DNA from: Catajapyx aquilonaris
Lineage: Eukaryota
Assembly (NCBI GenBank): GCA_000934665.2
Contig: JYFJ02002919.1
Location: 1-48,884 of the forward strand
Length of the DNA: 48,884 nt
Direction of reading: 5' to 3'
Shown here: piece after piece, positions 11,961 to 23,600 of the stretch
How the letters are laid out: every line of letters starts with the position of its first letter
How positions within the stretch are numbered: the stretch's first letter is position 1
Made by a program: the position numbers and the translations under genes
The notes under the pieces: model-generated
What the model was told of the DNA's origin: nothing
The model's database searches: none
The model's input: only the letters and a program-made list of their open reading frames with translations

Positions 11961-14046
11961 ATGGCCTTCTTGTGTCCGGTCAGGATTCGAAGGGGAAAGA
12001 AGAAGAAGGGTAAAAAAAATAAATATAATCATCATTTTCATACTAACAGAGAGAGAAAGAAAGAGAGAGAGAAAAATAAGAGCATTGTTGGTGAGGGGGA
12101 AAAAAAAGATGTGGAGGAATGGTCTGTTGGTCACTTCTTGTGTGGTCTGGCGTCTTCAAAGACAGCCTTGGGCAGAGTTTGTCATTTTTTTTGGGTAGAC
12201 AATTAAAACTGCTAATTAACTAATTGATGGACATTTTAAATTGTTAGGTAACCCACATTATTGTGGTTGAATGTCTCAATGTGCTGAGATGACCTTGTAC
12301 GAAGCGGCCACAGAATTTTGTGTACATTTTTTGACACATCCTGTTACCAATATTCTGACATATTTTTGGTACATACTGTCATACTGACAGACCAATATTC
12401 TGACATTTTTTGGGGTACGTACACGGTTATACTGCCAGATAAATTTTTTGACCATTTTTGGTACATCCTGCCATACCAAATTTAAAAAAAAAACATATTT
12501 TGGTCCATCTTGTCACCAACATAAAGATTCTTTTGGTACATCCTGCAACCAATTGACATTTTAAAGTACATCTAGTACCAATATTTTTGACATTATTTGG
12601 TACATCCATTACCAATGACAATTTTTGGTACACACTGTTATACTCCTAGAGCAATTTCTTAAAGCAATTTTTGGTACGTCCTGTTATACCAATATTTTGA
12701 CAGTTTTTGAGTACATACTATTATACCGACATACAATTTTTTTCTGACATTTATTGCTAACTTGCATAATTTTTTTTTTTTGAACGGCAGAGGGTAGCGC
12801 AAAGGATGTGCCGATACGTAGTCCGCCGTCGCTTGGGCGCATTACTGGCAGCGCATCGATTGAGACCCTGGTGCGTGTTGGGTTGGAGAAGGAAGCTGGG
12901 TTTGGACCGGACTCCAAGATGGTGGTGATGCATGATTTCACTCCATGCGTCGATGACGAGCTGGAGGTCAAGAGGGGATGCGTGAGTGTCCGCTTCGGTA
13001 CATATGTTTGAATAATTTGTTTTGATATGTACGTCCGATCTGGCAGGTGGTGAACATCTTGTACCGTGAGAACGACTGGGTGTATGTGATAAGCGAGGAT
13101 CAGCATGAAGGGTTTATTCCGCATTCATACTGCGCTGTGTATGGATCGCAAATGGCCGACCTGGCAATGAGCCATGTTAAGAAGAAGCTGCCGAGAGACC
13201 AGGGGACTTCCGCAACTGGTGACAACACGGGGTCGGCCGGACCAGGCGTCGTGTGTCCCGGAGCAAGCGGCGGAGAGGCCGAGACGGAAGTGGACGTGGA
13301 GTCGGACAACGACAGCTACGGAGTGGTCAAGCAGCAGGTGGTGGCCACGGCGATGGGACAGCAGTTGGCACAGACGACGTCGCAAGTGTCGCTTCATAGC
13401 AACACGACAGCCACATCGCAACCGGACGTACACCCATTTTTTAAGGTACGGTACCGGTACGATTTATGCTTCAATTGGGGCGTTAACTGGCCTTATTCGC
13501 AGGATCCGTCTGGTCGCTACATCGTGCTATACACATTCCCCGCTCGTGACGAGAACGACGTGAGTGTCGAACGAGGCGAGTTTGTCACCGTTCTGAACCG
13601 TGAAGATCACGATTGGTTCTGGATTGTGCGAGCGAATGGCCAGGAAGGGTTTGTCCCATCAGCATTTGTCTATCCGGCGGAGGTTGTTCAAGCAGGTGGG
13701 GGTCAGCTCCAAGGCGTCGGATACAACTCGCCACCAAACAGCGGCGCAGGAGGAGCCCATCTCCAACAGCCGTCAGCGGACGACCTGAGGTACCACGGGA
13801 CCGAACTCGTGATGCTGTACGACTATAAGGTGAGACGCACCGTTCTCTACAAGCGCATGTACTAATCACTTATCGTTGCAGGCGCAGGCTCCTGATGATC
13901 TGTCAGTCCGTCGAGGGGACTGGATCTACGCAGATTTGAGCAACCAAACGGTGGAAGGTTGGCTCTGGGCGTACGCTCCCAAGACCAGGAAGTACGGGTT
14001 CATACCCAAGGCGTACGCTAGACCACCTGCGATGACCTCCTTGTGA
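11961..14046 (+). CDS. Dlish: SH3-domain adaptor Dlish/Vamana (Dachs ligand with SH3s); exons 11961-12009, 12791-12981, 13047-13445, 13503-13829, 13882-14046
   Basis: N-terminus MAFLCPVRIRRGKKKK and the GRITGSASIETLVRVG motif. Three SH3 domains (HDFTPCVDDELEVKRG, YTFPARDENDVSVERGE, YDYKAQAPDDLSVRRGD). Ends RPPAMTSL*. Confidence 0.92.
12320..12740. repeat. Degenerate minisatellite (TTTTGGTACATCCTG...ACCAATATT) in Dlish intron 1
   Basis: Motif recurs about 10 times. Confidence 0.7.
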
Positions 14047-14429
14047 CCCATAAGGAAAGTTGTTCACAAGTAACAACAATTTGCGTATATCTAGTCTTTA
14101 CAACAAACTGAGAGAAAAAAAATGTTAAGTAAGCTCAACCAATTAACGTGTAGTTGGGGCTCTTTTTTTCCCCCCCAAAATTTGCATTCAAAGGATCGAA
14201 TCATATTTACTCTGCGCATGTCCCGATTTTTTAAAGGAATTAACCGGTGAGATATTTCCATTACTTGTGTACTGGAAATTTGTACATGATTGTAATTACG
14301 CTGGTTGTAGTGCATTTTTTTTGAGCTTTTTTTGGTGCCAAATGCTGTTTTTTAAAATACTAATTACATATAATTTACCAGTGATAAATAACTACGACTT
14401 TTATTGATCCCAATTGAATTTCAGACAGA

Positions 14430-15170
14430 TTTTATTTACGCTGAATCCTGTACTACAGGCTGTATTTCATTGAGATTATACACAATAATTAGTGCAAGTG
14501 CAACTTGTAATATATATTACTGTACGCTTTACTCTTTTCATTTAATTTCTCCTGTATTACAAATATTACAAGCTGTATTTAATTTTTGAGATCTTATGTA
14601 ATTAGTCCAAGTAACATTACTTGTAATAACAGTAAGCTTTGCTCTTCTTACCTGTAATTTCTCATGTATTACAACTTGTATTTCCTGTAATTTTTCCCTA
14701 CATTACAATTTGTATGTCCTGTAATTTTTCCCTACATTACAAGTTGTATTTCATGTAATTTTTCCTGCATTACAACTTTTCATGTAATTCCTGGATTACA
14801 AGTATTTCCTGTAATTTTCCTGTATTACAGGATGTATTTCCTGTAATTTCTCCTGTATTACTAGTACATCCTGTAATTTTCCTGTATTACAGGATGTATT
14901 TCCTGTAATTTCTCCTGTATTACAACTAGTACATCCTGTAATTTCTCTTGCATTACACTGCGCATTTAAACTGTATTTCTTACATGCAACCATACTTAAT
15001 TAGTGCAAGTAGCATTAATTGTAATAGCTATACGTTTTATACTCTTCATTTTATTTATGCTGAATCCTGTATTACAGGATGTATTATCCTTGAGATCATA
15101 CATATAATTAGTGCAAGTGTGATTACTTGTAATAACCATACGCTTGACTCTTCTTACCTGTAGTTTCCAT
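14430..15170. repeat. Degenerate tandem repeats (CCTGTATTACAGGATGTATTTCCTGTAATTT) between Dlish and MRPS15
   Basis: ~30-bp units at 14650-14960, flanked by longer related units. Confidence 0.75.
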
Positions 15171-15242
15171 GTAATTGCAGGTTGAAAATGAAGAAGGGAA
15201 TTGTTAGAACAAACTCATTGTATTTGCGACTCATTACATTAT

Positions 15243-16718
15243 TCACTCACTAGCGGCTAACTTCTGCTGTTCGCTCTGGACCTTTTCCAGCGTCGCTCTC
15301 GCATCCTCCAGCTGCCTTTTCTCTTCCGCAATCTCGTCAGGATTGTCCGTGAATCCCAGTTCTTCCCTTTCCTTCAGTATAAACTCCAACTTTGCCACCT
15401 TATCCCGCAAGAATCCTTCCTGCTGGCCCTCCAGCTCCTGCTTGTATGCATCCAGCTGCTCATTCACGAAGCGATCGCAGTGTTTGTCTGTCAATCGACG
15501 CAGGGACGACCGTCGGGTGATCCAGTGCGCAAACCTGCAATGGCACTCGGTGTAAGACTACGTCACGGAAGCTACTTGAAGCGCTTACATTGGATCGGGC
15601 TTGTACACGATGTTGAGCTGCTCCAGCACCCACTCAAAGCGCTTGTAGTCCCACCGCCTCAGGTGCGTGAGAAACTTCTTCCGTCGGTCGATCGCATGGC
15701 ACAGTTTTATCTTGTTCATCTTATCATACGGATTCTTCTCCATATGACCCTGCATTACGCGGATACGGCCGGTCAGCGCTCCAACTGTAAAGTAAAGACA
15801 GGTGAGCAGGTACGCAATTAGATGTACGCAGCACGTACTTGCAGCCTCGAGCGATCCTGTGTCCATCAGGTGCGACTGCGTCTTCCGCATGACATCCCTC
15901 TTGTACTGACGTGTCGCCAGAAGTCGGTTGGTGAACTCGAACGTGAACAACTTCTTGTCCACATCGCTCGCACTGTAATGACAAATCCGCTAATTAAATT
16001 GATAGGCGCAACATTCCACATTATTCTTGTACAAAAGTCGCAATGTTATACGCTCTTTTTGAGCAATAGTTGCAACTTTTTACCGGAACGAGATTACCAT
16101 GGCAATGGGATTACCATGGCAACGGAATTACCATGGGAACGGGATTACCATGGCAACGGGATTACCATGGCAACGGGATTACCATGGCAACGGGTTGTAT
16201 AATAGTTGTAATGTTGTACGTAATTTTTGTATGAAAAGTTGTAACGTTGTACGTTCCTTTTGTATGAAAAGTTGTAGCGTTGTACGTTCTTTTTTGTATG
16301 AAAAGTTGTCACGTTGTACGTTCTTTTTTGTATGAAAAGTTGTAACGTTGTACGTTCTTTTGCGTATAATAGCTGCAACATTTTATGTTCTGTTTTGAAT
16401 ATGAAGGTCGTGATGCCGTACCTTCACTTACGTTCAATAATAATTAGTTATATATTACGTAGTACTACGCCTGTTATACCTTTGGTACACTTTTGAGTCC
16501 CTGAGCATCTCGTGAACCTGGGTCATGTCAATCTTTGGAAGGGTCTCGAGGTCACCAGATTTTCTGGGGTCATGAACGGGTATGGGGTCAGGCCTGATCC
16601 ACTTTATGGTCAGGTCGGACTTGAACGCAGACACCGCAGGCGACACGTGAATAAGTCTCCTTATTTGACCCGCTAATAACCTTTGACCCCACAAGCCGAA
16701 CAATACACGACCAGACAT
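15243..16718 (-). CDS. MRPS15: Mitochondrial ribosomal protein S15 (uS15m); exons 16718-16480, 15972-15839, 15784-15589, 15534-15243
   Basis: Arg-rich transit-like N-terminus, KSDLTIKWIRP...KSGDL, and S15 core DTGSLEAAIGALTGRI...IDRRKKFLTHLRRWDYKRFEWVLEQLNI. Splice phases are consistent. Confidence 0.93.
16090..16370. repeat. Two adjacent minisatellites in MRPS15 intron 1: 17-bp GGGATTACCATGGCAAC (~6 copies) and ~33-bp TGTATGAAAAGTTGTAACGTTGTACGTTCTTTT (~5 copies)
   Basis: Directly visible. Confidence 0.9.
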
Positions 16719-16854
16719 TTTTTTTTTTTTTTCCTTTTTCGAACCCTTAAAAAAATTGACCTCAACTCAAAATTCGAACATGGTTTCAAAAACGTTCGAA
16801 ATAAAAAATTGCGCGATGGTGTAATAAGTGTGCAACCAACAAGCGTTGATTTGT

Positions 16855-17080
16855 GGCCAGCGTTGCCAACCTGACCCGTATAAACTACCGTACCACAAGA
16901 GTCAAAAATTACCGCATTTCGCCCTAAAATGTAACTGACAGAGAACAGAAGAATCCTCCTATCTGTAAGCTCGTCGGATATAACTTTATTATATTTATTT
17001 TACTTATATTTTATTTTATTTGGAATACCGAATACCGTACATGTCAATACCGTATAGCGCACAGGTTGGCAACGCTGGCC
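16855..17080. mobile_element. Small inverted-repeat element (MITE-like) in the MRPS15/ASCC3 divergent promoter
   Basis: Perfect 19-bp inverted repeat GGCCAGCGTTGCCAACCTG (16855-16873) / CAGGTTGGCAACGCTGGCC (17062-17080). No clear TSD. Confidence 0.55.
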
Positions 17081-17354
17081 CAACCGGAGTGAGTTGTACA
17101 TATTCGTTATCGCAAATTTCTTATCGCTAAATTTCATTCCAAAAAAAAAAAAGAAAAGTTACGCCACTAGTTGACACAATTTATTTTTTGGTTAACAAAG
17201 TTGCTCTCGTTGTTAAACTATTTGCGCCCAAGTTACTGCCCCAAGTTAGCACAAGTTACACCCATGTTAGCGCTCCAACAAAAATTTCTCTACTAACAAG
17301 GTTAGTACAGCTGTTCCAATGTGGTATAACCTAACATACATTTCCTACACCTAC

Positions 17355-17642
17355 AGATTGCATACGAATTGCGTACAAATTGCGTACAAATTGCATGAAG
17401 ATTGCGTACAAATTGCGTACAAATTGCATGAAGATTGCGTACAAATTACATACAGATTGCACACAAATTGCATACAAATTGCATGAAGATTGCGTACAAA
17501 TTACATACAGATTACACACAAATTGCATGAAGATTGCGTACAAATTGCGTCCAAATTGTATGAAGATTGCGCACAAATTGCGTACAAATTGCATGAAGAT
17601 TGCGTACAAATTGCATTTAGATTGCGTACAGATTGCGTACAT
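17355..17642. repeat. 11-bp unit minisatellite (TTGCGTACAAA / TTGCATGAAGA) in the probable ASCC3 5'-UTR intron
   Basis: Directly visible. An acceptor CCCTCCAG ends at 17685, just before the ASCC3 ATG. Confidence 0.9.
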
Positions 17643-17693
17643 TCCCTACAAAGTCTCGCGTAACCTGGTCTTATGTTCCCTCCAGCCCCAAGC

Positions 17694-20600
17694 ATGAATT
17701 ACCCGAGACTGGGCCAGGCTTTGCGGATCCTGTGCGATGTGGTGGATCCGACCGAATCACGACCGCCTCCTAAGCAGAACTTGACTTTGCTGCGGCAGAG
17801 GAGACTTGCGGAGGCCGCCTTCTCCTGGACGGACTTGAAGGAGAGGCTGGAGAAGGAGCTCTGGGAATGGAAGGAGCTGCAGAAGACGATGGCCCAGCTG
17901 CTGGGGCTGGCCAAGGAAGTCGTTGGTCAGTCCGGATGGGGGCGTACGGGCGTGCTTGTTCGTAACGAGCGGTTTTATTTGCAGGGAGCGACTGCAGCCA
18001 GCAGGTCATACGCGAGACGGCTGTTGAGCTGTTCCGGATGTTTCTAGATGAAAGCATGTTGACGCAGAGTAACGTGAACAAGCTGAAGCGGCAGTTCGGG
18101 TCGGCTGATCCGCATGTTGTGAAGCAGTTGATGCAGCTCGTTCAGTCCGTTCGGGAACGACTATCGGACGAGGCAACCGCCGCGATTAAAGCCGGATCGA
18201 AGCAGGACAACTGCGGCGATGAATTTGGGAAGAACATCACGTACAGATTCCCAGCGCCGTTTACGGATTGCACATTGACATTTCACAAGCGGATCGAAGG
18301 GCAAAAAGCGGATTCGGAGTTTAGTTTGGCTTACAGTAACGTAATGGCCGTTTCGAGCAAGCTGAAAGTCGACGCTAAAGAAAAGCAACAGAGTCAGGAG
18401 GTACGTATAATTAGATCTGAAATGGCAGCGACTACATCTGTTTGTTTCAGGCTGCGATGTACGGCCGACGCTGGTTAGAAGACGAGATCAAAAAGTCGTA
18501 CAAGACGGACAAACCGGCTGGAATGTCGCTATCGGAGTTTGCGTCGACGTTGCTCACACTTTTGGGCACATCGAAACGAAACGACGAGCTTCAGAATGAG
18601 GTACACTGCGGTATGATCGCAGCGTAATTTTTACTCACCCGGTTTTCAATTGCAGATCTTCGAGTTCCTCGGATTCGATCGGTTTGAGTTGACGCAAACC
18701 TTGCTTCAAAACCGGAGTAAGATTCTGGCCGAGACCGCACCGAAGTCCAACACGCCCGCGGGATCGTCGCAGTTTTTGCAATCAGGTCGGTTGTTATTGC
18801 CCGAATTTAGGAAATTAACTGATTGCAATATTGCAGTTTCGCAGTTGTCCGAGGGATCGAGTCGACCGATATTTGGATGCCAGGTTTTTGTGTTCTCAGA
18901 GGGGGAAAAGCAGCTGCGAAAGCAGTTCAGGAAAGAGGAGCGGAAGTTTCACCGGGTGGTCGCCGCTTCAAGAGCGGACGCGCCTGATGAAGACGACAAA
19001 TTCGATCCGATGTTACTCCGAATGAAGCGAAACGAGTCGCTAATTGCGGCTGTTAACCAGCCGATAATTAGAACCCGTATTTTGGCCAGCCATCCGCCGA
19101 AGGAAGTGTATCCGCATGTGTATGACCTATACGCACATGCCAGACAATCAGCAGGTAATCGCTGTACTCGTTTTAATAGCATGGAATTTACCGATCTGCA
19201 ATTGCAGGGTTCATATCGGGCGTTAAGATGGTGCTGCCTGAAGGATTCGAAAGGACCGAGAACACAATGTACGAGGAGGTTAACATTCCGGCGTCGGGCA
19301 AACCGCCGGTTAATGTCGGGAAAGAATTGGTTCCGATTTCTTCGTTAGATAAGGTGCAGTTTATTCCGTATGATTCCCGACGGACAATTTTTAAATCCGA
19401 ATTGTTTGCAGGTGGGACAAGCCGTGTTTGCGGGAATGGAAACGTTGAACAGGATTCAGTCCGTTGTGTTCGAAACGGCGTATGGAACTAATGAGAATCT
19501 TTTGATATGCGCTCCAACCGGAGCCGGAAAGACGAACATTGCGCTACTGGCTTTGACGCATCAGATTAAGCAGCATATTACTGAAGGAGTTATCAGAAAG
19601 GATGAGTTTAAGGTCCGACGTTTTTTGTTTTGTTAACCGGCTTGTTGTTAACGATTTCGTACTTTCAGATTGTGTATGTGGCGCCGATGAAAGCGTTGGC
19701 TGCGGAAATGACTGCGAATTTCAGTCGACGTTTAGCCCCGCTTGGTCTTCAGGTTCGGGAGCTTACGGGCGACATGCAGCTGACGAAAGCAGAGATGACG
19801 GCCACGCAAGTTCTGGTAACGACTCCTGAGAAATGGGATGTTGTGACTCGGAAAAGCACTGGCGACATCGCTTTAGTTCAGCTTGTTAAGCTGTTGATAA
19901 TCGACGAGGTGCATCTGCTTCATGGCGACAGAGGGCCTGTCGTTGAAGCGCTTGTCGCAAGGACGCTCCGGCTGGTACGTCCTGATGTGGTTCGCTATGG
20001 AGCAGTTTACATTGTTTGTACTTCAGGTCGAGTCGTCCCAACGGATGATACGCATCATCGGATTGTCCGCGACGCTTCCGAACTACCTCGACGTTGCAGC
20101 GTTCCTTCAGGTTAATCCGTATGTCGGCCTGTTCTCATTCGACTCCCGTTTCCGGCCTGTTCCACTGGGCCAGACGTTCATCGGGATCAAATCGACTAAG
20201 GTGCTGCAGCAGATGAACGATATGGACCAAGTTTGTTACGAGAAATGCGCCTTGATGGTTGAAAAGGGGCATCAAGTTATGGTGTTTGTACATGCGAGGA
20301 ATGCGACGGTCCGGACCGCTTTGGTCCTTCGAGAGATGGCGACCAAAAACGGTCAGCTTCAGTCGTTTCAAGCGGAACCTGGCCCGCGGATGGGGATCGC
20401 TCTGAAGCAAATTGCGAGGTCGAGGAACAAGCAGTTGGTGGACCTGTTCGGCGATGGATTCTCGATTCATCATGCGGGGATGCTTCGAAGCGATCGGTAC
20501 GTACGCAATCCGTATGCGATTGAACACTAATGATGCGTTTTACAGGTCGATGGTTGAGAAACTGTTTGGGGACGGATTCATTAAAGTTTTGGTCTGCACG

Positions 20601-23600
20601 TCGACGTTGGCTTGGGGCGTTAACTTGCCTGCTCATGCCGTTATCATCAAGGTACGTTTTCCGAAAGCGTCGCTTTGACACCACTAATTGCAGCCGTTGT
20701 TCGCAGGGAACTGAGATATACGACGCTAAGCATGGGTCGTTTGTGGACCTGAGCGTGTTGGACGTTCTTCAGATTTTCGGACGGGCTGGACGGCCACAGT
20801 TTGACAAATCGGGGCATGGAACTATCATCACGGCTCATGCGAAGCTCAGCCACTATTTGTCGCTGCTAACGAACCAGTATCCGATCGAAAGCAATTTCGT
20901 GACGTGTCTGGCGGACAATCTTAATGCGGAGGTAACGCTGTTGTAATCGTGGTCATAGCAAGTACTAACGGATTCTTTCAGATTGCGCTTGGAACTGTGA
21001 CGAACGTGAGCGAGGCTGCCGAGTGGCTGATGTACTCGTACTTGTACGTCCGAATGAGGCGTAACCCGCAAGCGTACGGGCTTAAGTACAACGTTGTTCA
21101 GGTGCGACTCATTTTAAAGTGTGGTTAAACGCGATTAATGTAACGTTCGCCAACAGGATGATCCGCAGCTGCTTGGAATACGGCTTGAGCTAATAGCGGC
21201 TGCGGCTAAGAAGCTGGATGCGGCCAAAATGATCCGTTATGCGGAAGACACGGGATACTTGTACAGCACAGACCTGGGCCGAACTGCGAGCCACTATTAC
21301 ATCAAGTACGACACTGTCGAGATCTTCAACGACATGGTGAAGCCGATAATGGACGAGTCGAGGATTATCGAGATGATTTCACATGCGCAAGAGTTTGAGC
21401 AGCTTAAGGTACGGCAGGTACGACTGTCGATGTTGTTGATACATTTTTGATGTCTACAAGGTGAGAGATGACGAGATGGAAGAGCTTGACGAGCAGACGA
21501 GGGAGCGATGCGAGGTTCCGGTGTTCGGCGGAAGCGAAAACACTCACGGGAAGGTCAACATCTTGATCCAAACGTTCATATCAAGAGGACGGCTCAACTC
21601 GTTCTCGCTCATATCGGACCAAAACTATGTCATTCAGGTACGTAAAACGTTAATGTCCGCAATAGAAGTACGTTCATTGTATTAATTTCCCGTAGAATGC
21701 AGTACGAATCGCTCGGGCCTTGTTCGAGATCCACCTTCTGAAGAATAACGCATTGTTGGCCGGTCGGCTTCTGAAGTTCAGCTTGTGTTTGGAGCAGCAA
21801 ATTTGGGGATTCGAAAGCGCGCTCAGGCAATTCCGAGTGTTCGGCGAGGACATACTTGTGAAGTTGGAGCAGCGGAATTTATCGATTGATCGGCTTCGAG
21901 ACATGAGCGTTAAAGAAATCGGTCGGTATTACTCGTATTAGTTAATTGGTTTATTAATTGCGGACATTTCGCAGGGTTACTGGTAAGCAACCAGAAGCAG
22001 GCTGCGATGTTGAAGAGTTGCGCTGAGGAAGTTCCGAGGCTTGAGCTCGATGCGACTGTTCAGCCCATTACGAGGACAGTGCTTCGGATTACAGTCGTCG
22101 TCACGCCTGATTTCAAGTGAGTCGTTATTGTCGTCTAATTGCGTTTAATTAACAAGCGGTTATTTCCAGCTGGAACGACCGGTTTCACGGGAAGACCTCG
22201 GAGTCCTTCTGGTTCTGGGTCGAGGATCCGGACAGCTGCTTTATTTACCATCACGAGCTGTTCATCCTAACGAAGCGGCAGGTTGTGAAGAAGGATCCGC
22301 AGCGATTAGTGTTTACAATACCAGTTGGCGAGCCTTTGCCGTCGCAGTATTACGTACGGGTACTGAGCAACAAGTGGGTCGACTCGGAAACGGTTTTCCC
22401 CGTTTCGTTCAAACATCTGATCCTTCCGCAGCATTACGCGCCGCATACAGGTTTGTTCGTAATTGCGGTTTTGCTGATCGCATTTTAATCGCACTTTGTC
22501 CGGCAGAGTTGCTGAATTTGGATCCGCTTCCCAAGAGCGTTTTGGAGGATCCGGCGATGGAGTCGCTCTATTCGTTCAGCCATTTCAATCCGGTTCAGAC
22601 CCACTTCTTCCACTGTTTGTACCATACGGACAGCAACGCTTTGATCGGCGCTCCGACTGGTTCTGGGAAAACCGTGGCGGCTGAACTCTGCATGTTCCGT
22701 GTCTTTCGGAAGTACCCGGGGATGAAATGCGTGTACATCGCGCCATTGAAGGCGCTCGTACGGGAGCGAATGGAGGACTGGAAGGTGAAGCTGACGAACA
22801 TCCTCGGGAAAAAGGTGGTCGAGTTGACTGGCGACGTTACGCCGGACATGGGAGCGATTGCGGCTGCGGACGTTATCGTGACCACACCGGAAAAGTGGGA
22901 CGGAATCAGCCGAAGCTGGCAGCATCGCTCCTACGTGCAGGTACGCCCTGATGTGCAACACGTAAATTGCATCTACATATATTAATTCGCTAGGCTGTGG
23001 CGCTTATTGTGATCGACGAGATTCATCTACTTGGAGAAGACCGCGGGCCTGTTCTTGAAGTTATCGTCTCGCGAACTAACTTCATCGCGGCTCATACTCA
23101 CAAGACATTGCGCGTCGTTGGGCTCTCGACGGCTCTGGCGAACGCACTGGATTTGGCTCACTGGCTGGGAATAGGCGAGCAAGGGCTGTACAACTTCAGG
23201 CCGTCCGTCAGACCAGTTCCGTTGGAGATACACATCGCGGGCTTCCCAGGAAAGCATTACTGTCCGCGGATGGCCACGATGAACAAGCCGACATTCCAAG
23301 CCATCAAACAGCATTCGCCGCACAAGGTCGGTTTATTACGATTGTACCGTGCTGTTTGATTAACCCCCGATTGTCTTACAGCCCACGTTGGTGTTTGTGT
23401 CGTCGCGTCGGCAGACACGGTTGACAGCGCTTGACCTCATATCGTTCCTCGCGAGTGACGGAAACCCGAAGCAATGGCTGCACACTTCGGAGGACGAGAT
23501 GTCGCAGGTCATCTCAGGTATTAAGGATATGCATCTGAAGCTGACTTTGGCGTTCGGGATCGGCGTACATCACGCGGGTTTGCAGGAGCGGGACAGACGA

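Noticed and set aside
17331..17697. Repetitive Cys-containing ORFs (also 16099-16381)
   Set aside because: Translations of intronic minisatellites.
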